DNA of 64,000 nucleotides from NCBI GenBank assembly GCA_001643675.2, contig LSRY02000040.1, forward strand, positions 682,001 through 746,000, in the 5' to 3' direction. Position 1 is the stretch's first letter, and every line of letters begins with the position of its first letter. This DNA comes from Monocercomonoides exilis PA203. Lineage: Eukaryota; Protista; Preaxostyla. Below the pieces are notes generated by a model. The model searched no databases, was not told the DNA's origin, and saw only the letters and a list, made by a program, of their open reading frames with translations. Of this stretch, positions 13,863-24,884 are shown one piece after another. Both the position numbers and the translations under genes were made by a program.

Positions 13863-14254
13863 AAAATTCATCTAATGTTTCAAGATCTTCAAAGTCAATT
13901 TATAAATTACTTTGCATTAACATCATAAAACTAGTTTTTTAAATAAAAAATTGATTGATTTCATATTGTTATTATTGTTTTCACGTTAAAAATACCAGTG
14001 AACATTTGTATCGTTCTGTTTATTGAATTATCGATATTTTCTATTAATTTTTTATGTTTTCTTCAAATTTTGTAATAAAAACAATGAAAATCAAATTAAA
14101 ATCAACAAATTAATAATTATAATAATATATTAATGCATATTTTCGCAAATTTTTTTCTGAAATATTTTCTTATAAACCAAACCCTTAATAAAATAATTTT
14201 TTGATCAAACTTCGTAATTTTTTATGATATCAAAAAAAAATCACCCATATATCC

Positions 14255-15570
14255 ATATCTTTCACATCACTCATCTGATGAAACACTCCACTTGAAAGAT
14301 TCGTATTTGATAGATTCTCAATAAATCTTGCCAGAATTCACTTGGCATCTTTCTCAATAAGGTGTCTGTTTCATCTATTCTTTCTCTATCCAAAAATTAC
14401 TTTAATTTTTACAGCGCTATCCACGTATCCCTTTCGTTCTTTTGATTAGTCAATATTGCTACTGATATATCCTTCACTCCAACGTCTTCTCCCCATGTTT
14501 GAAAGAGGACACTTTTTGGATATTATCCTCTCCAGTCTATCACTTATGACTTTTAATGGGCGTAACTTCTAGTCATTATTTCTCATCTCCTTAAAGGTCA
14601 ATCCGATGTTTCTCAATAACGGACTAGCACTATTTCGTCTTCTTGCATATCTCTCTCTCTCTCTTCCTTCTCAGAGAGGACTGTTTTTAAGTACTTCCAA
14701 AGGGCACACGCACAATCAGGTCTAAAATTGTATCAAGTCTTCTCGGTGCGATTGTTTGAAATATCTTTGCGACCTTTTCCCACTCTCGGTGCATAGTCCG
14801 GTTTTTTCAAAGTCAAACTGAGTATGTCTAGCAGCATTTCAGCTGAGATATGTGGAGTCTTCTTCTTATTTCATCAATCCACAATATGCGACTTCTTTCT
14901 GTATCCGCATCTCGCGGTCTTCCGCGGTCTCATGCTCTATCTTCTCCTCGCGATTCTTCGCAGATTACACATCTTCAGTCTTCTCGAAAAGTTTCGCGGT
15001 ATCAATATCTGCACGTTTCTCTCGAGCATGCACTTTTTCTTATCGTTCGATCGATTTGCATTTTCTCTCAATTTCTTTCACTATTCTTATCTCACAGCAA
15101 ACTTTGCTCTCTCTTCATATTAACTCTTAGGATCTTCAGTGGTTTGTTACTCCACAATAATCTCGCGACAATTCACGGCTCTCTTATATCTCTCAGTCCC
15201 GTTTTATTTAGCTGTTTCATTTTTGTTATTATGACTCAAAAAATGAATCATATCATTTCCAATTATAAATTAATGATATTTCACTTTTTCAGTTTTGATA
15301 TTGTGTCTTTATGCAGCTTGTCTATATTTCCTTTGTTAAAGCCTATCGATTTACTGAGCTTTCAATATCCATAATAATCTCGCTGCAAAGTACGGTTCTC
15401 TGCTCTATCTCCTCTCATGGTCTCGGCATTGAACGCGGTTTCTCTCTTTCATCTCTTGGTCTGGTGGCAAAGCGCGGTTTCATTTTCTCTCTCTATTCTC
15501 ATGATCTCAAAACTTAACGTTGTTTTGTTCTTTGTTACAATCTCTTGAATATGCGCAGCTTCATTTAAAT
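14255..15570 (-). other. Old, highly decayed coding-like relic (left part)
   Basis: No real ORF. Rich in TCTCGC/CGCG motifs, and shares ATCTCGCTGCAA and CAAAGCGCGG with 20590-21910. Confidence 0.35.
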
Positions 15571-16099
15571 TATATATATATGGGTATTTTTTTATGAAAA
15601 GTCACCACAGATCAGAAATCTGACCCATGGATGTTAATTATAAAGCACTCCGTTTCCATTATACTAATGAAATTTTGCAACTTTCACAATAATGTTTGTT
15701 GGAACAATTCAAACCTCAAAACAAGAAAAAGTATTCAGAAACAAAATATTATATATCCAACAATTTGATCAAAAACAAAAATTTCTGTTTTTGAATATGA
15801 AAAGGTTTTATTTGATTGGACTAATTTGCAATTGTTAACTAATGAAATGTTCATGGTTTGTTTAGATTCTTTTTCATGAAAAATTTGAGATTCGTTGATT
15901 AATCACATTCTTATTTGAATTTAATTTTTCATTGCACAGAATGTGCCTGGAATTTTAATAATTGCATTAATTACCCCCACAAGTTTGATAAAGATGTGAA
16001 ACATACATATCAAAAGGTTTGCATTCAGCTTTTATATGAATGTTATATTTCATAATTGATAAAAAATTTTTTATTTTTCAAGCTAGACAAACTCGCAGC

Positions 16100-17290
16100 A
16101 TATAACAGAGAGCCTTAAGTGAAAGAGATAGCAATGCAGGGCTGCACTTCAGACTCATTTGTGGGAAAAGAAGATCTGTTATTTAAGGTTATGAAATACC
16201 TGAGCGAGACGATATTTGTATCTTCTGTTGTAAAAAAACCACGAAGATAGCAAGCAACGTGGAGAGTTCAGCATGCCTTGCGTATAATTGAATGTTGGAG
16301 TGAATCACATTATTCCGTCACATTATTCTCAGCTGTTAATATCAGAGCAAACAGTCATCAATGGAGAATGTTGTATTCGGGATGTGAGCATTCACTCACT
16401 TGAATCTCAGTCATCTGCTTTGGTGCATCTGAACTCAACAATAACCAACGATGGCAGTATTATCACAACGTCTGGGAAGGTTCATATTGAGGGAGTTTGA
16501 TTCAACTTTGATCAATCATTTTCGAATTCAGGCAGCTCTATTATCCATGAGGCAAGTGGCCAGCTTTCTCTTTTATTTGTTGACTTCTCTTCTGTTGGAG
16601 GATTAAATATCGATCAGCCTGTTGTTGTTCTCAACTCGACCTTGCTGAGCATTGCAAAAGGTATTCTGCATGTTGACAACTGCTCAGTGTCGATCCTTTC
16701 GTTCAAGAAGCCTTCATTTCTGTTAAATGGAGTTGAGATAAATATTACAAATATGAAGCTGGAACAGATTGAATCAACAAGAAATGTTGTTGAGATTGGA
16801 AATTGTGGAAGTATTGTGCTGAATGGAATTGATGCAGATGGAGTGAAGTTGTCTGAAGGTTGCATCATTTCGATTGGCAGTTCATCTTTAGGAACAATTT
16901 CTGTTGGAAGCTCATCATTCGACAACTGCTCAAGGAATTCTGAAGAAGCTTCTTCATTTTGTGTCTCCTCCTTCTTCAACGCCTTCTTCACCTTCTTATT
17001 TATTATTATTTACGCAGAAATAAGCAAAAAGAAGACAAAACATTCTCAATATTGACTATATATTTGTTTCTATCAAAAAATTCTTTGAAAAAATGAATGT
17101 CAAAAGAAACAAGTGATGGAAGGAGAATGAGGTTAATAGATGAAACAAAATTATATTTTGAAGAAAAATTGAGAAAATAAAAATCGATAAGTGAAAAACA
17201 GAAGAGAAAGAGGAGAAAGAGGAGTTGGAGGAAGAATAAGAATAAGGAGAAGAATAACACGATAAGAAGGATGTCAATTCCAATGAAGAA
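16100..17290 (+). pseudogene. Internally deleted fragment of the same repeat surface-protein family as 10200-13262
   Basis: LNVGVNHIIPSHYSQLLISEQTVINGEC parallels LNVALPHIILFVYSNLLIGKSAVVSGEA. It then jumps to a hydrophobic segment and charged tail, with stops. Confidence 0.65.
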
Positions 17291-17299
17291 CATGGCAAG

Positions 17300-19800
17300 G
17301 CCTCGCTATTTACTCCCTCCGCTATTCCACCGTCTTTGGAAACTGCGCCAATCACTTTCCATTATACAAAGGAAGATCAAAGCAGATCGCTTTTTTTTGA
17401 ATCGTTCCTCCACAGCTTCAGCCGCACCATCTGGAACGACGCCTTCAGCCATTCTTTCTTCTCCGCCACCGACTGTATAATCTCCACTGGTAGCTTCAGC
17501 CCAATTCATTCCCCCGCCACCTTCGATTCTGTATAAAGCTCCAGCTTTAAGTTGTTCAGCGCATCTCTGTCTTTTCAATCGCATTATTCAAAGACTGCTG
17601 ATGAGTATTTCGCAGATCAGCTTCATCACAAACATCCAAAAGCTGTTCTGCTCGGAAGTTGTTCAGTACAAACGATGGAAACACAGATATTTCGGTAAAT
17701 CTCATTTCCGACTTTATTCCCTCAAACAACGAAAAAACACTTTCATCTTTTTTCTGATCCAACTTCAAACTCCGTCAAGATGTAATGAAAACTGCATTTC
17801 ACCTCCTATTTCCTCCTTTCGCACAAATTCACCAAATAGCCACATCCCTGCAAAGACCTTCCGGAATAGCTCTTCTTCAAACATCCTCGTCAACCTCACC
17901 ACCTCGTTGTTCTTCTGCTCCGTGTGCTTCTCCCCCAGCCACATACACAAAAAGCTTCGAAAATCCAGCCTTGGAACCTTCACTTCTCCCGCACAAAACT
18001 CCCCATTCAAAGCTTTGATGCAATATTGTCTCCGCATCACCCCCGGATCATCAACAGCATCAACACAAGCAATGGCTGCAGCTCTGTCTTCAGCCGCATC
18101 AGCGACCGCTCCATCGGCACAGACGACCACCGCATGGGTGGCATCCGAAGCACATGCGCCGTTTCGTACGCAACCTACCACTGCATCTCAGACACTGCGC
18201 TCATCAACCGCTCCATCGCTGTCGACCCCGCCAGAAAAGGTCCCTCTTCAACCACTATCTCTTCTGCTCCTCCTTCCCTTCACCTGCCCAACCAGCCGCT
18301 CCACATTCTCTTCATACGGAGCCTTCATTTTCTTCTGCTCCTACTTCTTTTGCGCAAGCGCAGTCTGCTGCTTCTCAATCACCTCCTTGAACAGCGCCTT
18401 CTGCTCGCGTATCATCTTCTCATGCGCTTTCGACTGCTCCATCAGCATCTTCGTTTCCTTCTCCATCTAGTTTCTCTTCTGCCACACATTTGCACACCCC
18501 ACTTCTCCATACTGAAACTCTCTCCTCCACAGCTATTTGCTTCACCCACAACACTCACCCCGCCCCCCACTTTCACAACAACCCCCTTCCCGCTCGTGTC
18601 TGGCCCAAGCATAGAAATGCCACCATTGGTTATGCTTAAGATAAACTACTCCTGGCACTTTTCACACAGCTCCGAAGGAAGAATCATCGAAATCAAAGAT
18701 GGAACCACTCCACCTCCCGCAGTCGACAACGAAGAAGGCGTGACAAGCTGCACCCTTGCCCCTTCTCCTGACCCTGACCCTGCTCCCTCGCTGTCTACAC
18801 TCACCAACTCATCCTGATATCTTCAGAGCTTCTTCTCCTCAATCTCCACATCAATCAGTTCCACCTTCTCCTTCACCATTTCCAACTATTCCTGAGTCAC
18901 TTTCACCTTCTCATTGAACTTTTCGTTCAGCCCCAAAAACTTCCTCTGATTCATTCTGACGATCTTGTCCTTCTCCTGCTGCATCTCTGCAAAGTCCACT
19001 CACTTAATTTGAAATCTGCTCATCATACTGGTTCTTATGCAAGTTCATGTTAAACTCCGAATGCCTTTTCTCCACCTCATACTTTCCCTCTTTCTTCCTC
19101 TATTTCTTTGCTCCTCCAATACAACCAGTGCAATCGCTGCTTGCGAAAGGATCACATCCTCCATTCTCCGCCCCGCAGCATCCAACACCTTTTCCATAAT
19201 CTCTTCCTTTCTTCGCGCACTGTGGGCACGCGTTATATCGCTTCCTTACCCAGCTTCACCACCACACGCCTCCACTGCGGCAATCGCCATTTTTGCAGCG
19301 ACGGGTCAAACAGATCGTTGATCGACGAGAAAGCATTCACATCCGCATCCGAAAAGATCTGTTTGCTCCCCAACTTTGTGCACACCGCGTTGCGAACGAT
19401 GGAAGCGGAGCCACCGGTGGAACCGAAAGCATCTTCGAAAGCGCCACATCGTATGCACATACGACACCCCCATTCAGCACCTCAAGTCACGCTGCGATAT
19501 ATCCCCTCAGCATCTGCTGTTCTTTTAGAAAGCTTCTAGTGATTTGCATAAACTTCAGCTGCATCTCGATGTAGTCCATCGCTGCTCCAGGCGCTTATGA
19601 CGCTTCGACTGTCAAGGCATCTGAAAGGTCAATCGATTGCGTAGATGAAGATGATGACTGCTCATCCCTTCCGCCTTCTTCTCTTCTCTTTTGCGTTTCA
19701 CAAACAGCGATGAAGCAGACAAAGAAGACAAAAGCGCTAAGTGAAGAGAAGAACTGCTACGCAGCTCTGGTCATAAGATTCTTTCCATGCAAGCCTTAAA
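17300..19800 (-). pseudogene. Decayed gene fragment with weak resemblance to the myotubularin C-terminal region
   Basis: Broken minus-strand ORFs. The segments TRMFEEELFRKVFAGMWLFGEF and MQFSLHLDGV loosely recall myotubularin motifs. The family call is tentative. Confidence 0.35.
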
Positions 19801-20589
19801 GTCTACCAGCAGACTTACCGATCGCACAAATATTTCATCTTCATACAAAAAGAAAGGTTGATCATACCGTTAAGCTCACATTTTTAACTCGAAAAGAAAA
19901 GAAAGAGCAGAGTCTATTCGAGCAAGTTAAGGAGAAAAAATGAAAAGGATCATTAAAAGATATATAGCAGCAAAAGAGACTTGGAACGCGATTTATTATT
20001 TGAATCAGAAAAAAGAAACAAGTGTTTTTATTTTGTTTTTAGCATGAGAACGCTTCCAATGAAAAGTTTCTATTGAATATCACTTTTTACAAAAATATCT
20101 GTTATTATTCGATAAGAACAACCATTTTTTTAAAAAAAATACACACTCTTTATGATTTATTAAAAGCAAACTATTAAAAAATGAAAATTATCAAAAAAAT
20201 TACAAAGATATTGAACATTTTATCTATTCGATTTTCTATTAATGAATGTGTTAAAAAAAGAAGTACCCTCGCGAATAATCAAAATGAATATTCAAACGGA
20301 TGAAATGAAAACAAAGAAAACAATAAATTATCACAGTCTTACTCATGCAATAAGAAAAACAGGATTATCCTTCACAAATATGATTAAACAGAGAAAGTTT
20401 TATTTAAAAACCGTCTAAGTGAAATGTGATATTTGTTATTAACTGCTTAAAAAACAAATGTTAAACAATATGTTCTATATTATGGTAACGGAAAGATCAA
20501 CATTTCTGATCACTAGTGATCAAATTTTCAGATCAATTAATATTTTGTGACTTTTCAAAAAAAAATACCCATATATATATATATATATT

Positions 20590-21910
20590 GTGACAAAATT
20601 CTCCTTCTATATATATCTCGCTGCAATATATGAATCGATTCTCACTAATGTCCCTGCGATATATATATGAATATGTTTTGTTGCTGCATTTATCAATTTC
20701 TCGCGAAGCTGCGCATCTTATTCCCTAATAAAGTTCTATTTTTTCAAGTTGATTTTCTTCTAATCCCAATCTCGCTGCAATGCTTATCTATTCTATCTTT
20801 AAGACGAATTATAATCTTGCTGCAAATCTCAGCTCTCTCTTCTCTCTCTATATCGCGTCAAAGCGCGGCTTGCTTTATATTCTGTGTTATAATCTTGCAA
20901 TAGAATTAAAATATATATAAATGAATATATTTATGATTATCTCGTATTATCAAAATTTTGTATTTATGCCATTATTTTTTGGAAAGTCACAGCTTCATAA
21001 TAAGTAATAATCATTTTATAGTAATTATATTCTTCCTCAATAATAATCTCGAAGCGATGTGTGCATTTATCCTCCTTATTTCTATCAATATCAAGCGATT
21101 TATTATTATTATTTTTTTAAATTTAACTGCATCTCGCGATTCTTCGCTGCTCTTGTTCCTAATAAATTCTGTCAATATTCAGTAGATTCAATGCGATATT
21201 ATTTCTCGCTTCTATGCTCGGATCATTTTTTCAAACTCACACAATTTTTCGTCAAATTTTGTTTTAATTTGTCTCTCACTCCAATGTGCTGCTCTTCATC
21301 CTTTGTTCGGTGTATATATGTTATATGATTTTGTAATTTCATTCTCTGAAGAAATCTCTTGAGAATGCATGTCTTCATTTCAATTAATTGTATCTTTATT
21401 TAAAGGGGATTCTTTCTCTATTATCATCTCTCTTCAATTAGTGGATATATTTTCCAAAATTTTTAAGATATCAAGCGAATTTTAAATTTATCTGTATCTC
21501 GCAATTGCATGCTTCTCTTTTCCTTATAAATAAACAAGATATAATGTAGTTTTATTTTTTTTTAAAGTCTGAAAAAATATCATATCTTCATTTTGTTTAA
21601 ATATCTCACGATTTCTCGTGATTTCAGTTTCTGAAATTGTCTTTTGGCACAACGCCTCACTAATTCAAATAATTATCTCACTCTGTTTTGCAGCTTCTGT
21701 TATTGATATTATCTCTTCAAAATGCGCGGCTCTCTTTTCGATTCTATCATCTGTGTACTATCTTCTATTCCGGATGATGTCTAACATGCTCAGATCCTGA
21801 AAATTCTTCAATAATAATTTTCACTCTTTCCAGTTTCAAAAATAGATCTTATTCTTTTCCATCGCCTTCTCTGTGTTTTATAATAACAGGTTGTTGCTTC
21901 ATTTTCATTG
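20590..21910 (-). other. Old, highly decayed coding-like relic (right part) with internal duplications
   Basis: One minus-strand frame reads as Glu/Ile/Lys-rich protein with frequent stops. Motif composition matches 14255-15570. Confidence 0.35.
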
Positions 21911-22059
21911 CGGACTATTAGGATCAACTTTGAATTTGAGTATTGACGAAGTTTGATCTATAACCACCCATTGATTGTGATCAATGCTCATTGTTGAGGA
22001 GCAAACCTGCTCCTTACGTTCGTTGATTCGCTCTATTGCGAATTGTTGAGGGATTAACT

Positions 22060-22158
22060 GGAATAAACTTGGACTTTTCGGGAATCAAAATATTTTGTTC
22101 GAATTAACTGGTGTTTTCAGGAATAAACTTTGGTTTTTCGAATTATTATTTTTATTTC
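22060..22158. repeat. Degenerate ~20-bp tandem repeat (about 5 units)
   Basis: Units include GGAATAAACTTGGACTTTTCG, GAATTAACTGGTGTTTTCA and GGAATAAACTTTGGTTTTTC. Confidence 0.5.
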
Positions 22159-22571
22159 AATAAAAATTTCTTATACAAATTCCATATTATGGATATTTTT
22201 CGATAACTTTGAATTGTTTCATAAAAATAAAATTTTCTGATAACAAACAACTTATTACGAATAACAAAAGCTATTTATTGAAACATCAATGTTGTTCCAA
22301 TAATTACTCATTCTTTCAATAAAAATATTTATTTTACTGATCAACCATGAAAAACACGTAACAAGTCTGTCCTTTTCAGAATAACACTGTATTTTTTTGA
22401 AATAAATAAAATGATATTGTTGTGTGTTAATGAAAAAGACTTCCAAATCACTCAGTCAGCGAAGCCTTTTCATTATTTTATGGATTATATTTGTTTATAA
22501 TGTTGTGAACATCCATTCTCCATGATATTCTTTTCAAAATCTGGTCTGTTCAAATAAGAAACAATCAAATA

Positions 22572-22969
22572 CAGATATCGCATACAATACAGGACATCGC
22601 ACAAAATACAGGACAAGATCGATTTCTCAATTACAGCAAGAAGAAAAATTCTGCTTAATTTCCTCAAAATATATCTCATCAATACAAACTCAATTGATAA
22701 ACGATACTTTCACAAAGGTTTCATTTGTGCTCAGAAAAAATAATTTTTTTAAAATCAAGGAGAAACTCAAAATCCAATTTTTACGAGATTTCAATATATA
22801 TTTTTTCCGAGCTCAAGCGAAGCTGTCCTGAAAGTCTTGTATATCACGTGAGTTTGCATTGATGAGATATATTTTGAGGAAATTAAGCAGAATTTTTCTT
22901 CTTGCTGTTATTGAGAAATCGATCTTGTCCGGTATTTTGTGCGATGTCCGGTATTTTATGCGATATCTG
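22572..22969. mobile_element. MITE (398 bp), Tc1/mariner-like, with 121-bp TIRs and a TA target-site duplication
   Basis: 22572-22692 matches the reverse complement of 22849-22969 at 116/121. Termini are TA|CAG...CTG|TA. Each TIR contains a 19-bp internal direct repeat. Confidence 0.92.
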
Positions 22970-23473
22970 TATAAATATATTTTCTCCATCGTTCTTTGCT
23001 GATGTGTGAATATTTTTTTGTTGTTTTTTTGAAAGTCAAAAAATCTCCCGAAACGTCTTGATTTCTCAATGTAACAATGGTTTCCATTAAATGAATTAGA
23101 CTTTGACAGATATTGTGAGTTATTCTTAAAACAAAAGCTTATTATCCTAATAACTGCAACTTTTTCGTAATAAGTTCATTTTTTCAGAAAGAATCACACT
23201 CTCCGAAGAATATCTATTAGATATTTTTGGTTTTTTCATGATCAATGACCCAGATTTATTTCTTTCATTTTTGATTGAGTAAATTGGGATTTGATTTTTT
23301 AATCTACTTGAACAATTGCTTGCTTTTTTGCAAAGTCCAAATTTAGTATGATATTGCATTGCACATTCATTTTATGTATTGCTTCTTTTTTTCAAGTTTC
23401 TGAACTCATATTTACGTTGTTATAACAAATAATTATTTCTGAGAGATTAAAAAAAGAAAATAATTTGGAAAAT

Positions 23474-24633
23474 ATGCATATTGAAACTGATTTTCATAAT
23501 GATATTTCAAGTAATTTAAATCCCGAATTTAAAGTTAAACACAGAAGATCTCAAAGCACTCCTCATGCAAACAAAGATAAACGTTGCAAAAAATATGTTA
23601 ACAGGCATAAAAAACCGAAAATACCACCAGTTTTCAATTTGATTGATCCGGAATTTCAGAAAATTAATGAAAAGGTAAGGTTACTAAACGTTGATTTTCT
23701 TTTTTAATACAAAATTTTACAAGTTTTTGTCTCGTTTCAAGGGAAATTTTTCTTTGTTGCACAACCAAAAGCATGACGAACAGACAAAATTTTTTTGGAG
23801 CGAGCCGTTAATAACCAAAGTTCCAACTATTTCTGTTTCAAGAAGAAAGTATTTGTCTTTTTGTAACTTTATTATCTTCCATAAAACAAAATTATAACTC
23901 ATATTTTAACAAAATGCCTTTTTTCAAATAGAATTGAGCCTTCTGAACCACATTCTGAAAGTTTGATCAGCGAAAATGAGAATTCAAGTGAAGCAATGGA
24001 ATCAAATGATTATTATGATCTTTCTTCACTGGATAAAACAAACTCACCTTCCCCATTGTTATCGGGATATGAATTTGGAATTCAAGGTGAGGATGAAACC
24101 AGATTAATGGTATGCCAAAAATTGTATTTTCCTCTTTTTTTATTAAATTTTTTATTTCACGTTTTTTGTTTTATAAACAGGATCTGCTTTATGATTTATC
24201 ATTGTCAAAAAAAGACAGAAATATTGTTCGATGTGCAGTTGCTCAGGAATTGATTTCGAGATGTTGCAAGGAACTTGATAACGATGAGGACGAAGCAGAT
24301 AGGGCTATGGACCATTTGACTGACATTCTTGAAGAAGAAATAGCTGCAAATGAAGAGCAACAAATAATTGAAGAAAGCCTTGAGAATCCTTCAGCACAGA
24401 ATTCTTGCTGCACTTCTGTCAAAAATGAAAGTTCAAGTTTCCAAACAGCCAACAACAAGCTTTCCAATATGATCAAAGTTATTTTCGCTTTCTTGCTTCT
24501 TGCTTGCATTTTCCTAACTGTTCTTCTTATTGGAAAAAAAGCTTCAAGGCACATCAATTCATTTTCATCTGATCCAATTTTCGAAGTATTTCAATCGTCA
24601 AGCATTAAGAAGTCAAATTCACATCCTTCTTGA
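23474..24633 (+). CDS. Hypothetical protein with one C-terminal transmembrane helix; about 4 exons
   Basis: ATG at 23474. Short GT-AG introns near 23675-23740, 23849-23931 and 24110-24180 join the ORF pieces. TM segment VIFAFLLLACIFLTVLLIG. Confidence 0.7.
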
Positions 24634-24884
24634 TTTTCTTTCAAATAGATAACACAAATCTTCTTCACTTTTGAATGAAATAGATGTATTTATTTTTTCT
24701 TAATTCTGTTTTTCTTTTGCTTTCTTTTTTAAAAATCGAAGAATCAATAACAAGTGGAATGTGCTTTTAGTAATTGAACTTTGCTTTTCTTTAATAAAAA
24801 ACCTTTCAGAATAATCAAATATTTCTCTGAAATAATTATTGTTCCATTTTATGATTAATTATATTGTGGAAACAGATCAAAAAG

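Larger units (their letters stand above)
9760..13874. mobile_element. Candidate non-autonomous TIR element (~4.1 kb) carrying a decayed surface-protein gene
   Basis: 9760-9785 TAGATGAATTGTGAATAGATTTTTTT matches the reverse complement of 13849-13874 at 25/26. Arrays of ~19-20 bp quasi-palindromic units lie just inside both ends. The outermost TA could be a target duplication. Confidence 0.55.
15582..20570. mobile_element. Candidate Pack-type TIR element (~5 kb) inserted in a (TA)n microsatellite and carrying two host-gene fragments
   Basis: 15582-15605 GGGTATTTTTTTATGAAAAGTCAC matches the reverse complement of 20547-20570 at 23/24. Patchy similarity continues inward (GATCAGAAAT; TCCGTTnCCAT). 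(TA)n abuts both ends. I see no transposase inside. Confidence 0.6.

Noticed and set aside
17601-18817. Two ~290-aa plus-strand ORFs as real genes
   Set aside because: Their composition fits the antisense shadow of the purine-rich minus-strand pseudogene, with no recognisable motifs.
10200-21910. Alternative genetic code (TAA/TAG = Gln, or TGA readthrough) rescuing the broken ORFs
   Set aside because: Lesions include frameshifts and all three stop codons. Intact genes have very long stop-free frames and end in TAA or TGA.
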